Source: Ruditapes philippinarum (Eukaryota). Taken from it: a stretch of DNA of 64,000 bases. The translations under genes were made by a program, and so were the position numbers. Position 1 is the first letter of the stretch, and each line of letters starts with the position of its first letter. Of this stretch, positions 50,066 through 63,362 are shown piece after piece. The notes below the pieces were generated by a model that was not told where the DNA came from, did no database searches, and was given only the letters and a program-made list of their open reading frames with translations. The DNA lies in the NCBI RefSeq assembly GCF_026571515.1, contig NW_026859993.1, forward strand, positions 124,001 to 188,000. The letters are read 5' to 3'.

Positions 50066-53000
50066 TCTCTAAAATTAAGATTAACCGAATGAAACTGAAT
50101 ATCAAGCTTTAAATTTCTTTTGTTCTATCACAATAGTAGTACCAACATTGATAAAAGAGTTATATTTAAACTACAAAGAAACGTGTATTTTCTTTAATAT
50201 GCAAATATAGTTTAAGTGCGGTTCAATAATTAGCACATGTAATGCATTGTTCGAAGTTGTGGTACGGTGTAACGTTTCATTTTAGATCTAACTTAACAAA
50301 AGGAAATATTCGTTTTAATACATAATTGCTTTAAAATCAACTGTACATATTCAATAGATCTGAAGAACAGGACATGGTTACATAATATGCCAAACTTATT
50401 TGCAAATGATATGAAAATTAGACTATATTTGCAGTACTAAGGTGGAGACACCCAACTGTAAAAGTAAATTATCAATTTTCTGAAAATGATTTGGTGTGTT
50501 TTATAAATTAACATCGTATTCGTTGCTGTTTCTTTTTTCTTTCTAAAATAGTTGGTTGGTCATCAGGTACAACAAAATAAGCATATAGTTGTGTTAGATA
50601 CACGAGGCTGACACAAATAAATAATAATCTTCTTATAGTTACTTTTCTTATCCTTTTCATTAGTTCTTTTTCTTTTTAACGTTCACCATATATCCTTATT
50701 GTAGTCAATGGAAATATTAGGTAGCGCACGAGAGGCAATTCAAAATATTGTGTGTTTTTAATTTTTATAATATTTTAACCTCTAATGATTCGTTTAACAA
50801 TTTATAAGTGAATCTATTCTTACACTTCATTTGAATATGTGAAGTACAACCTTAGCCTGGTTTATCACGGGGGAGGAAGTGTTACACGAAGGATGGAGTT
50901 CTTATGATATCTTGTTCAGGAGTTCTTGTGATCACTGTCACGGAGTTCGTCGGAAAACATCTTTATGTACTACAAAAACACTTGTCAAAAATGATTATTT
51001 TTAGCTTTCAAAAATGATTTTTAGGTGCTTAATTAAACTTTAATGATTAAGCTTGTCTTACATCTTGTATTATGTGTCAAAAACTAATTCACAGGTCATT
51101 TTTTAATCGCCTCTTGCTTCAAATCTGGAAGTTCTCAGTAAAAATTCCAAAGTATTTGCCAATCACAAGTATTGACTTGTTTATTTCTAGTCTCCATCCT
51201 TGCCATACATAAAATTTGACATAATAATAATGCAAAATTGCAAACATAAAGCACCGGCTAACAGATATATACCCGATTTGTCAAATGTCCCGGAGTTCTT
51301 GTGATAACTCTGAAGATGTCACTGTGTTCTTATGATAACTTTTGTTACTGCCAGTGTGTTTCTTGCGCTAAATCACGGCACGTTTTAAATAGTGTTTTTT
51401 ATTATTGAATGAGATTGTAAATCATTGTGAAATGCAGTATGATCATCCTTTGCGCAAAAATAGGATATATAATTTGGGTTTGAGTGAATTTTAGTTCAAG
51501 AGTTATTATCTCTTACCCCCGTTTCTATTTCATTGTATTTTTTTGTTTGACGCAGATTTCGTAGACTATAAAAAGGATTTATGTACTGGTTTCCTAGCAG
51601 TTTCCGGCTCCTAGCAATATTCTGGCCCTAGCCTTTAGCATTTTCATCCAGGCATACAGACTATTTTTTCTCAGTTAAGCATCTTTGTTACTGCATCAAT
51701 CAGAGAAACATAAATTTGGGAAGTTATATCTATTTGAAAACCCAGCTTAACATTGCTTATTGGTACTGAATTATATTTAAAATAAAAAAGGCCCAAAAAA
51801 CTGCTATGAAATTTTAAATAAATGTGTGCAAAGGTGTTACATCTCAGGCCTTTATTCCATTAAAATGTGAAAGAAGAGAGCAACATCAAAACAAGGTAAT
51901 GCTGGACATGTACCTAACTTTGTTCTGTCAATGTTTGCACTCTTTGGTAGACAGAATTTAATTAAAACCAAATATACGTAAATTTAAATTCTATCCCTGT
52001 ATCATGAATACGAAATAAATGAGCAAAATTAATATCAAAAATGATTTATTCAAGTTCCACGTACAAAATATTCTATGAATTATAATGTACTACAAAAATA
52101 GTAATTTTGATATAAATTTGATATAAATTGTTCAACTGCGAGACGAATTATATATATATTGAATTTGTGTAAACGTCAATATTTAACTGGGTATCAATTG
52201 TTCAACAATAAAATTAAAATACCTAGTATGAAAAGTGAGGGTTTCTTACAAAGTATAAAACACATAATAAAACTTCTCTTTTCAATATTATTTATTTCAA
52301 TCACTTTTAAATATCTAATGATTGCATCGTTCGAGTTCTTTTTAGATAAAGGGGTATGCTTAGGTACTGACTTTTTATATAAATTATGACATTACAGATA
52401 ACCAAGAGTGTGTAAAATTGGAGTAAAGAAATACAGACAAAACAAAAATGCATTGAAAGAGCTCACCAACTTGGCATGATAAGAATATAAAAAATAAGTT
52501 CTGTTTTAAGAACTGATAATGATACTGATAAAACCACGGATCACCACAAACTAATTTATTTAATAATGTAGGAAATCGATATAAAAAAAATGTCTACCCC
52601 CGCAAACACCCATGTCCTGGCGTGATATTCAAAATGCTTCTTATTAATTAGATGCTGAATGGGTAAAAGTCAGCCGAATATTTCTGATATTTTAACACGG
52701 GGTTTTGTATTTAGAGGCTAAAGTTATTGGACAAAAGTTACTGTCCAGATTTATTTGCAGAGGAAACCCCGTGACTCCGACACGTGCATTATCATAGAAA
52801 CAAATTGCATAAAAAATATAAACTAAACAGCAGATCATCTGCAATAAGACTCAAACTTACAGCGATAAGGGAAACGTTATTGAAAGTAACAAATCTATCG
52901 AAGCAAGACCAATGAATACACGGTAACACATCACATCATTTTAAAGCCAAACTACAGGAAGTGAAAAATAAGGTAGCTTTGAGATATCATATAATATTTA

Positions 53001-56000
53001 CAAAAAATGCAAGTCTTACCGTGTAATCATTAATACTGAGTCTTGTTTATCAGAATACTTGTACTACACAATACTGTTGTCTTAGTTACGACTTTGCCAT
53101 TACCAAAAATATTATCAAATTCACCTTTCTCATTTGTACATCAACTAACTAACAACACAAACTTCTTGCGCAGAAACTTTATACTTGGAAATAAATACAT
53201 ACTTAAACTCAATAACTTATAAGAAAACTACGGACACCATGAACGAGGAATTGCTAGATTATATATTTTTATACTTTATGAAAAATATAAGGGTTGAACT
53301 CGTAAAACATTCGAGAAATCAACAACTTTTTGACTTTTGGTAATTTCACATTTTATTCAATTTCTGTTAAAATATATGTACTATATACATGTATATACTG
53401 TGAGAAAAACATGCGCAATTGAACTCTCCGTTTTTTTCATTATATAGAGTTGGAATAATTGGATATAAAACGCACTGACTTTAATTGTTTGATATTTTAG
53501 GATTGTTACGCACATGTATTTGTTTAAGAGGTCATCTAATGGTTTCAAATTTCATTTTCCTTTTCTTCTACGTAATAGCACGTTTAGATATAATTTGCAA
53601 TAAGTTTTAAGTAAATAATATTGTTATCTTCATTTGTTTGATAATGATTATGACACACGAGAAGTTTAAACTGTTAAAACCTTGGATCGATATACGATAT
53701 CGTATGTCCCAGGTTAAAACACAACGTAGCATACTGTATACATTTGTATATTGATTGATTATTTCAATGATAGGTACGTATCGGTTATTGGCTGTATATG
53801 CTATGGAAATGCAGATCTACTTTTAATATAAAAAAAGATCACAGGTTTTCCCTTCTAGATGAGCTGATCCCAATAATTAAGTCGCGTTAAAATACTGAAC
53901 GGACTTCTAAAAAAATAATCTGGTAGTTAATATGCCATTTTCGAGCTAAAAAGCAAAAAACCAACATGATTTCATTTAATATGATGGGACTATGATGGGA
54001 CCAAAATAAACTTACATATTTTGGTCCAAGCTTGGAGTGGAGCTTGCAAATAAAATGCTTTGGTTATACAGAATAAATGCAGCAATTTAGGCCTATCGAT
54101 TAGACAGCTAGAGGGCCTTTCTTATTTAAATTCTGTTCTATTTGAATGTAATATCACGTTTATCAGTTTATAATAAAACCATGAAGGAAGCTGGGACAGA
54201 AAGATACACGTTATCTTCTGTCCCATGGTGCATGTTGAGCAACTTATTTGCAAAAGTTAGCTCCCCTTTTTCATTTAACGCCATTAATAGATCTTTTGAA
54301 AACAAAGCGCCTTACACATGTGAAAGTGTCAAAGTGAAAAGAAAATACCTTTAGCTCTTGATACAGTGTAAGAAATAAATAAAGATGATAGTTATGTGTT
54401 GCGTTTCTTCTACTTGTAGATTACTAGTATTGAGATAATTTTTTTAATGATCTGATGATCAGGTTATAATTTTCCCGCAAAGGCAGAAACAACTGAGAAA
54501 GGAACCGATATAGGCTATAGTATAAATTATGATCAGATGATAGGGCTACAAAATATATTATAATCAATCATAGGGCATTATTAGGCAATCGTTTCCACAA
54601 CTTACTATGCTTTTTGATTTCTTTAAACAAGGATTTATAGTTTGTATATAAAATACTAATTTTATGTAGATTTCTAAACAAAATTATTTTTTTATTATTC
54701 ACGAATTTTAAAAGATTGTGAGCTTTGAATCCCAGTACCTATGTAATGAATAATTACAATGGATTTTTATGTGATATCGTCCATGTAACAAATAGGTCCC
54801 TGTTGTTTTATATAATCTTCAGTATAGTACGATGAATGTATGATATGGCAGGCAGTCAAGATTTACTGAAAGAAACAGTTTTCCAACTTCTATTACACAA
54901 CCAAAACTTGGATAAGACCCTTTCTGAGGTATGTACACGTTTTTTTTATGTTGTCTTTTCATTGGGTGGGCTCCGGTAATATCGCAGTATTGAGAGTAAG
55001 TAATTAATGCTGATATTAAATCTAATTTAAGTAACAAGGTATACAAGAACGTCGTGATTAAAAGAAAATGGAGAGGTTGATATAAAGTGTTATTAAATTC
55101 ACAATTACGATGACATTTTTACACAGTTTCTTATCAAAAGTGCAACTTAGTTCTAATTAAGAGCGCCTCTGCAACCTCAACAGGTAGTGCTTAATGTAAA
55201 AATGTGAAAAATGTATAAAAAAAAGGAGACTTTTGCGATATTATTTAACCCACAATAAAACCAGAAAGGATTATACTAAAACATTAAACACTCATTTGAA
55301 GCCAGATTTCAGTATTTTAATATCCAACTCACCGGAACATTTATGTTAATATAATGAGACAAGCAAGTTCCATCAATTAATGACTTGTTAGTCAAAATAA
55401 TAAGACATAAAAAAGTTATTTACCATTCAATATTTATCATTGTGACATTTTATATTTTATATTCGCAAGGCTTTTTCAATGTAACATGGAAAATGAAAAA
55501 AAAAATCAGATTAATGAAGGATTAAGATAAAATAAGTAAAACATAGGTCTTATAATAAGGCCAGTGAGTGAGTGAGTGAGTACATTATTGTAAGGCATCC
55601 TATTGATAGCTGCTTATTTGAAATTTTGATAAGCATAATGTTTAAATCATATACTAATATTGATTATGCTATTATTATAAAATACATTAATAAAATTTCG
55701 TATCATCACATTAGACCTGCATGCATTATATACAAAAGGACCAGTTGGATTATATTCCTCTTAATACAACATTTTACACTAGTCTTGTATGGACAAAAAA
55801 CCATTTCACAACATTCAACTGTCAATTACCGGTACCTATAACTTGAAAGGATTTCTTTTTTGAATTATATGTACTTGTGAATGTAAAGGTTCTTCATTAT
55901 TCTTTGTTAAATGTTTTGCATGCATGTAAGCTCAAAAACATCACTATGTATTCTGATTAGATTGTACATGTATCTTTGGGATCATAATTCTAGCTCTTAA

Positions 56001-57969
56001 TAACCTTCATGGTCATATCATGTTTCCTCCATTTTCTTTAAAGCTGGAAAGTTGGCCTTATGACATTATTAATAGTCTGCTGAAAAATATCACAATTTTT
56101 TCTTGGACAGGTATCATCATTTCGACAGGCATGCAAGGATGACAATGTTTTACTGACTGGTTTGGCAGGTGTGTAGTTATGTTCTCATTTAAAGACACGG
56201 ATTAGATATTTTTATTAAAGGAAGGGCAAACATGAGTTTTATAACATTTAAATAAATGCTTTTAGAGCAGGTTAAAGGACAAAGATTAATTCTAAACTCC
56301 TGTAGCAACTAGTACTAAATAGGGGTGTCATGGTAATTAATAAAAGTTAAAACAATTCTTGGGCATAATGAGCCTTAATATTTAATGATATCAAATTAAA
56401 CAATATTCAGAAGACATAATCAATAGACAGTGTTGTAAGATAGGCAGTAAGTGATTTACATGTTGTTGTATTTTTATTAATCCTGCATAAATCACTGTCA
56501 GCAGTATGAAAATCTCTCATACTATCCAACAATTGTATTAAAGGGGGAAGAAATAGCAAAATTGTGTATGCAAACAATCTACATTTATTATCTCATAAGT
56601 TTTTTCTCTTAAAGATAAGTACAACTCAATAAGTGTATCAAAAAAGTTCACACAAGGCTTTAAAAACTGCATGCCTCCATATGAGCCAAAATATTTAGAA
56701 AATCAATATTGAGAAAAATGTACTAAAATTTTAAGAAAGATAAAAACATTCAAGATCCAAGTGATATTTTAAATGTAATATGCAGTTTAATACTGCTTTT
56801 GCAGTATTTTATCACTATATTTCTACTGCGTTTCTAATGCAGTAAGGGCTGTTTTTGCACATGTTGACCATTTTTTTGGAATTTTCTTGCATTGAAAGTG
56901 CCAATTACAATATTTATTTTTGCTTTATTTGTTCATCTCACAGTATTTTACTTTTTGATACATTTCCATAACTTTTATGAAAATTGATAGAATCTGGAGG
57001 TGTGCTGCTTTAATTGAAGCTTTAGTTGATGATATAGATTTAAATCATTTGTTTTATTTTGACAGAACATCTTATTTCATTCCAGAATTTGGCTGTTTGC
57101 CAATATTGAAGTCACATGATCTGCCAGATGGGCAGTTTCATAGTACAGAGATATGTATGGAGAGAGTTGTATCCCTTTATTCTGACAGTGGCAAAATATC
57201 AGAAGATAAAACAGTAAGATTTTGTTTCTATAACCATTTCAACTTCAAGGTTTTCAGACAACATTTGGTTGCTTAATAGATCTTACTTAGTTTTAAAATT
57301 TGTGATATGTGTCCGCAAGATAACTACATATATAAATTTATATTTACGCTATTATCTTACCGCGCTTTTTGACGTCAACAATGTTGTTATTGTTGATATA
57401 TTACTGTAGAGATTTTGTACACATTGAATAGAGAGTCAATACAGATCAAACCTATGCAACGCCTTTGTATTGTTACTTCCAATATCAAAATCACTTTCAC
57501 AATATGTTAAATTCCAGGCTTTTTCTCAATTAACATTTAAGGAATGCCTCCAGCACCATTTTTAATTCAAGGTAAAAAGCATTATGAAAAGTAAAAATTG
57601 GGATTTTTAGAGTAACTAACAGAAACAGCTGAAAACATAATAAATACAAAAACAAACCTTCTACTGATAACTTCTGTATTATTATTTTTGTATAAGTTAT
57701 TTCAGAATAGTCCCTATTTAAGCAAATAAGCAACACCATTTATGCAGACTGTCTATTGGGGAAAATTTGTCTCTCAATTGGAAAGAAAGCTATGTTTTGG
57801 CATTGGGAATGACTTTGTTTACTGGATGAAAAAGAAGCATTAATTCAATGCTTGACTCGGATAAATGATCAAATCATTCGAAGCAAAAGCTAGGCTGAAT
57901 CAATATATAGTCGATATTCTTATTTATAGATATATATTTCTATTTAAAGCCATATGTTTTTATTTATAG

Positions 57970-58136
57970 GCAGAAGTTCAATCATTATTGCTGATGATGA
58001 AACAGTTGAAAGATACAGGCAAGCTGAATGTTTCAAGATTGAATGATAAACTGCATGGATTGCCAAGAATTCCATTACATTTCATGTGGACTCTTCACCA
58101 AGAAGGCATCTTTAGTATTGAGCAATATTTCTGCAT
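57970..58136 (+). CDS. Probable internal exon of a spliced gene; weak resemblance to the FANCA N-terminal region
   Basis: tttatag acceptor, gtaagt donor and open frame AEVQSLLLMMKQLKDTGKLNVSRLNDKLHGLPRIPLHFMWTLHQEGIFSIEQYFC. The WxLHxxGIxS match to vertebrate FANCA is from memory only. Confidence 0.4.
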
Positions 58137-58593
58137 GTAAGTATTTAAATAAGAATACGAGAGTTTAGTTACCCAGCAATTCTTATTGGCTTATTTTTCA
58201 TATGTTTTTATTGTGAAATTTTAAATAATCTGTCTGAAAAGTCAGAAATTGTGCCTGGAAACTAAGGTCAAACTGGATGTATGCCATGTGTCTTGCCATC
58301 TTTGATAAACCAACACCATTTAAGATGAAAAGTGTCAGTGTAAATAAATGAAAACTGAATAATCCAGCTGATTCTAACTTATTAATGGTGTATGTATAAT
58401 TATCTATTCCCCAGTGTTTTAGAGTGAGTACTGCATAATGGAACTCCATGAAGGTTCAAAAACCTGAGAACATAAAATTTGAAATTCTAACATAAATCAA
58501 CGGAGGCATTTTAAACAAAAAATATGCAACAATATTTAGAATTCACTAAAAGTTAAATATAAGTCTTAGTTAAATATAAATTGGAATTTGATT

Positions 58594-59506
58594 TTTAGCT
58601 CGACTATTCGATAAGAATAAGTAGAGCTATTGCAGTCACCCGATCGTCGGCGTAAACACTTATGTTAAAGTTTTTGTAATAGTTCAAATACTTTCAAAGT
58701 CCATTGACATATGGCTTTGAAACTTTGCACACTTGTTCACCATCATGACCCCAACCTGTAGACAGGAGGAGGTAACTCTATCAAGCATTTTGACAGAATT
58801 ATGCCCCTTTTTCGACTTAGAATTTAAGTTAAAGTTTTTGTAATAGTTCAAATATTTTCAAAGTCCATTGACATATGGCTTTGAAACTTGCACACTTGTT
58901 CACCATCATGACCCCAACCTGTAGACAGGAGGAGGTAACTCTATCAAGCATTTTGACAGAATTATGCCCCTTTTTCGACTTAGAATTTATGTTAAAGTTT
59001 TTGTAATAGTTCAAATATTTTCAAAGTCCATTGACTTATTGCTTTGAAACTTTGCACACTTGTTCCTCATCATGACCCCAACATGTAGACATGAGGAGGG
59101 AACTGTATCAAGCATTTTGACAGAATTATGCCCCTTTTTTCGACTTAGAATTTACGTTAAAGTTTTTGTAATAGTTCAAATATTTTCAAAGTCCATAGAA
59201 ATATGGCTTTGAAACTTTGCACACTTGTTCACCATCATGACCCCAACCTGTAGACATGAGGAGGTAACTGTATCAAGCATTTTGACAGAATTGTGCCCCT
59301 TTTTTGACTTAGAATTTATGTTAAAGTTTCTGTTATACCTCAAATATTTTCAAACTCCAAAGACATATGGCTTTGAATCTTTGCACACTTGTTCACCATC
59401 ATGACCCCAACCTGTAAACAGGAGGAGGTAACTGTATGAAGCATTTTTTTTTACTATCAAGCACTCAGAATAGTCAAGCGTTGCTGTCCCTACCGACAGC
59501 TCTTGT
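58594..59506 (+). mobile_element. HINE/Helentron-like element with about 4.7 internal 164-bp repeats
   Basis: Subterminal IR gctcgactattc (58598) / gaatagtcaagc (59468), 3' hairpin gctgtc-gacagc, tcttgtt end. Units start at 58664, 58828, 58991, 59156 and 59320. Confidence 0.85.
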
Positions 59507-60556
59507 TTTTAGCTCACCTGAGCACGAAGTGCTCAAGGGTGAGCTTTTGTCATCAATCTGCGTGCGTCGTGCGTCCTTCAAAAAATGGCGTCAAACTTTT
59601 CAAACAACATCTCCTCCTAAACCACATGGTCAATTGCAACCAAACTTTACAGAAATGATCCTTAGGTGGACCCCTTTCAAAGTTGTTCAAAAATTTAAAT
59701 TCAATTAAAAACTCTGGTTGCCATTGCAACCAATAGGAAAAACTTAAAAAATCTTCTTTTAAAAAACCCTAAGAGCTAGAGCTTAGATATTTGGCATGAA
59801 ACATCTTCTAATGAAAGTCTACCAAGTTTGTTCAAGTCAAAGCCCTGGGGTCAAAATTGGCCCTGCCCCAGGGGGTCATTGATTTTCCCAATATGCATAT
59901 AGTAAAAACTTAAAAAATCTTCTTTAAAGAACTCAAAGAGCTAGAGCTAAGATATTTAGCATGAAACATGTTCTAATGGGTGTCTACCAAGTTTGTTCAA
60001 ATAAAAGCCCTGGGGTCAAAATTGGCCCCGCCCCGGGGGTCATAGATTTTCCTTATATGTGTATAGCAAAAACTTAAAAAATCTTCTTTGAAAAAATCCA
60101 AATAGCTGGAGTTTAGATATTAAGCATGAAACATCTTCTAGTGAGTGTCTACAAAGTTTGTTCAAATAAAAGCCCTAGGGTCAAAATTGGCCCCGCCCCG
60201 GGGGTCATTGATTTTCCTTATATGACTGTGTATAGCAAAAACTTAAAAATCTTCTTTGAAAAAACCCAGATAGCTAGTGTTTAGATATAAAGCATGAAAC
60301 ATCTTCTAGTGAGTGTCTACAGAGTTTGTTCAAATAAAAGCCCTAGGGTCAAAATTGGCCCCGCCCCAGGGTGTCTTTGATTTTCCCTATATGGCATATA
60401 GTTAAAATTAAAAAAATCTTCTTTTAAAGAACCCAAAGAGCTAGAGCTAAGATATTTAGCATGAAACATCTTCTAATGAGTGTCTACAAAGTTTGTTCAA
60501 GTAAAAGCCCTAGGGTAAAAATTGGCCCCGCCCCGGGGGTCATTCATTAGCTTGAC

Positions 60557-61083
60557 NNNNNNNNNNNNNNNNNNNNNNNNNNNNNNNNNNNNNNNNNNNN
60601 NNNNNNNNNNNNNNNNNNNNNNNNNNNNNNNNNNNNNNNNNNNNNNNNNNNNNNNNNNNNNNNNNNNNNNNNNNNNNNNNNNNNNNNNNNNNNNNNNNNN
60701 NNNNNNNNNNNNNNNNNNNNNNNNNNNNNNNNNNNNNNNNNNNNNNNNNNNNNNNNNNNNNNNNNNNNNNNNNNNNNNNNNNNNNNNNNNNNNNNNNNNN
60801 NNNNNNNNNNNNNNNNNNNNNNNNNNNNNNNNNNNNNNNNNNNNNNNNNNNNNNNNNNNNNNNNNNNNNNNNNNNNNNNNNNNNNNNNNNNNNNNNNNNN
60901 NNNNNNNNNNNNNNNNNNNNNNNNNNNNNNNNNNNNNNNNNNNNNNNNNNNNNNNNNNNNNNNNNNNNNNNNNNNNNNNNNNNNNNNNNNNNNNNNNNNN
61001 NNNNNNNNNNNNNNNNNNNNNNNNNNNNNNNNNNNNNNNNNNNNNNNNNNNNNNNNNNNNNNNNNNNNNNNNNNNNNNNNNNN
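60557..61083. other. Assembly gap (N run)
   Basis: Run of n characters. Confidence 1.
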
Positions 61084-61169
61084 GTCAGTACAAACCCTAG
61101 ACAGAGTGCTCGATGGTATCCCAGAGCTGTATGTATGGATTTATATTCAATCAACACATTGAAAAAACA

Positions 61170-61226
61170 CATTTTCCTTTACTAATTAGTTTCATGCGCA
61201 AAACGCAATCTTCAGAAGTGTAAATG
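61170..61226 (-). ncRNA. Minimal type I hammerhead ribozyme (Penelope 3' repeat)
   Basis: Reverse complement of the motif at 63052..63108. Confidence 0.8.
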
Positions 61227-61353
61227 GTAGTTCTCAATAAAGGGACGTAACTATGAAGTGTAAATGGTGGTTTCTCAATAAAGGGGCGTAACTATTAATA
61301 CTGTTATTTTTTAAAGTTGCTTAATAGATATTTCCTGGAATGTCTGCAGGTTG

Positions 61354-62550
61354 TTACAAGTTCGTTTTCTTTTTGTTAAGTTTAGCGTTTTCTTGTTTGC
61401 AGATAATGTAGAATTTCTCCCATAGGCACAAGTTGCATCGGTCGGAGGCTGGGTTGTAGGGTGAGGCTTGTTTTAAGATATTCCATGTTATGTTAAAGTC
61501 GATGTTTTCTTCTTTGAGTTCCCAGATATATTTACTTAATTCAGTGCTGTTTTTAAGCTTAGGATTTCTAAATGATGCTTTGTGGTTTGTAAATCGGGTT
61601 TTAAAGGTATTTTCTGTTAATCCTACATAAGTTTGTTTAGGCTTGTCGTCGTTTGTTTCCACTGTAGCTCTATATACAACCGATTTCACCAAGCATCGTC
61701 CTGACATGGGGCAATCTATTATTTTCCTACAATTGCATGTTTTAGGCTGATTTTTTACTATTTCTTTGGAAAGAATAGCTTTGTTATGTCCGTCGATTAT
61801 GTTTTTTATATTGTTCATGCAACTATAACTTAATTTGACTGTGTTTCTATTGAATATTTTGTGTAGCAAGTGTTCCTTGGGAAATTCTTCGTCTAGTATT
61901 TTCAGAAACGTTTTTCCAATGTTGGTTTCTACATTTTTACTATATGGTGGGTTATACCAGATTATATTTCTGCTTCTGTTTTTGCGATTCTTGGTACCGT
62001 TGTCTGTCTTTTCTTCATTTGAGTATTTAAGTTGGTGTTTATATCCACTATTTGTAATAGACCTTTGGTAGATTGGTGTTGCTATGTCAAAAGATTCTTG
62101 GTCATATGATATTTCGCATAGACGTTTGTTAATGCCTATGGGTATGTTCTTGATGATATTCGGTGGGTGGTTCGATTCGGTATGCACATATAATGGTGTG
62201 TTGTTCGGTTTGTTGTATGGAACATGTTTGCCATTCTTCAGGTTGAGTGTTACGTCCAAAAAGTTCACGATTTTTTTGTTGGATTCAATTGTAATCTTCA
62301 GGCCGTGTTTAGAAAAGATAGAGCACAGGTCTTTTTTAATGTTTTCAATTTCACGTGGTTTCGCATCAGATACACCTAGACCATCATCTCGATATAGCCC
62401 AAAGTTTTTTCCATGTTTCTGTGTTATTTCGTTAAGTAAATATAATCCAACTAACTCACAAGTTTCTGCTCCATCGAAGCTTCCCATAGTTACGTCAAAT
62501 AGATTGGATGTCGCTTTCTTGCCCCATGGTTCACCTGACTTGTGAAATAG
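61354..62550 (-). CDS. Penelope-like RT (C-terminal half) plus GIY-YIG endonuclease, partial
   Basis: FDVTMGSFDGAETCELVG, GLYRDDGL, NFLDV, CNCRKIIDCPMSGRC linker and VVY...YVGLT...FKTRFTNH. The inverted copy gives the likely true end NKRNELVTTCRHSRKYLLSNFKK*. Confidence 0.9.
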   Translation of the reverse strand, partial: LFHKSGEPWGKKATSNLFDVTMGSFDGAETCELVGLYLLNEITQKHGKNFGLYRDDGLGVSDAKPREIENIKKDLCSIFSKHGLKITIESNKKIVNFLDVTLNLKNGKHVPYNKPNNTPLYVHTESNHPPNIIKNIPIGINKRLCEISYDQESFDIATPIYQRSITNSGYKHQLKYSNEEKTDNGTKNRKNRSRNIIWYNPPYSKNVETNIGKTFLKILDEEFPKEHLLHKIFNRNTVKLSYSCMNNIKNIIDGHNKAILSKEIVKNQPKTCNCRKIIDCPMSGRCLVKSVVYRATVETNDDKPKQTYVGLTENTFKTRFTNHKASFRNPKLKNSTELSKYIWELKEENIDFNITWNILKQASPYNPASDRCNLCLWEKFYIICKQENAKLNKKKTNL

Positions 62551-63051
62551 ATTGACTAATAGATTGCCCCATGTCAGGACGATGCTTGGTGAAATCGGTT
62601 GTATATAGAGCTACAGTGGAAACAAAGACGACAAGCCTAAACAAACTTATGTAGGATTAACAGAAAATACCTTTAAAACCCGATTTACAAACCACAAAGC
62701 ATCATTTAGAAATCCTAAGCTTAAAAACAGCACTGAATTAAGTAAATATATCTGGGAACTCAAAGAAGAAAACATCGACTTTAACATAACATGGAATATC
62801 TTAAAACAAGCCTCACCCTACAACCCAGCCTCCGACCGATGCAACTTGTGCCTATGGGAGAAATTCTACATTATCTGCAAACAACAAAACGCTAAACTTA
62901 ACAAAAGAAACGAACTTGTAACAACCTGCAGACATTCCAGGAAATATCTATTAAGCAACTTTAAAAAATGAACAGTATTAATATAGTTACGCCCCTTTAT
63001 TGAGAAACCACCATTTACACTTCATAGTTACGTCCCTTTATTGAGAACTAC

Positions 63052-63108
63052 CATTTACACTTCTGAAGATTGCGTTTTGCGCATGAAACTAATTAGTAAA
63101 GGAAAATG
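63052..63108 (+). ncRNA. Minimal type I hammerhead ribozyme (inverted Penelope repeat)
   Basis: CUGAAGA 63063-69, stem II UGCG/CGCA, GAAAC 63085-89, palindromic stem III ACUAAUUAGU, GUA cleavage triplet 63096-98, stem I CUU/AAG plus CAUUU/AAAUG. Confidence 0.8.
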
Positions 63109-63134
63109 TGTTTTTCAATGTGTTGATTGAATAT

Positions 63135-63224
<90 letters not shown>

Positions 63225-63362
63225 GCATACATATAAACCAAGTTTGTTCAAAATAAAAGCCCTGGGGTTAAAACTGGCCCGCTCCAGGGGCCTATATACA
63301 GGTGAGCGACTTTGGGCCATCATGCCCTCTTGTTTATATTCTTGGACAGATTTCATTTTCAT

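Larger units (their letters stand above)
41576..52850. repeat. Segmental duplication, copy 2
   Basis: Same gene order and shared intergenic sequence as 1..20390. Confidence 0.85.
61136..63141 (-). mobile_element. Penelope-like retroelement, 5'-truncated, with an inverted copy of its 3' end
   Basis: 62558-63141 is the reverse complement of 61136-61720. RT and GIY-YIG ORF on the minus strand. Followed by (AT)n at 63142-63218. Confidence 0.92.
59507..63333 (+). mobile_element. Second HINE-like family with about 166-bp internal repeats, spanning the gap and the Penelope insertion
   Basis: Subterminal IR gctcacctg (59512) / caggtgagc (63299), 3' hairpin gggc-catcat-gccc, tcttgtt end. Units at about 59741, 59907, 60071, 60240 and 60406, plus a partial unit after 63237. 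Confidence 0.7.

Noticed and set aside
50868-51521. Copy-2-specific insert with cggggg...cccccg ends and gagttctt(a/g)tgat repeats
   Set aside because: Probably a MITE, but the TIRs are weak and no TSD was found, so it is not called.
60522-61172. 192-aa and 210-aa ORFs
   Set aside because: They consist of N-gap codons.
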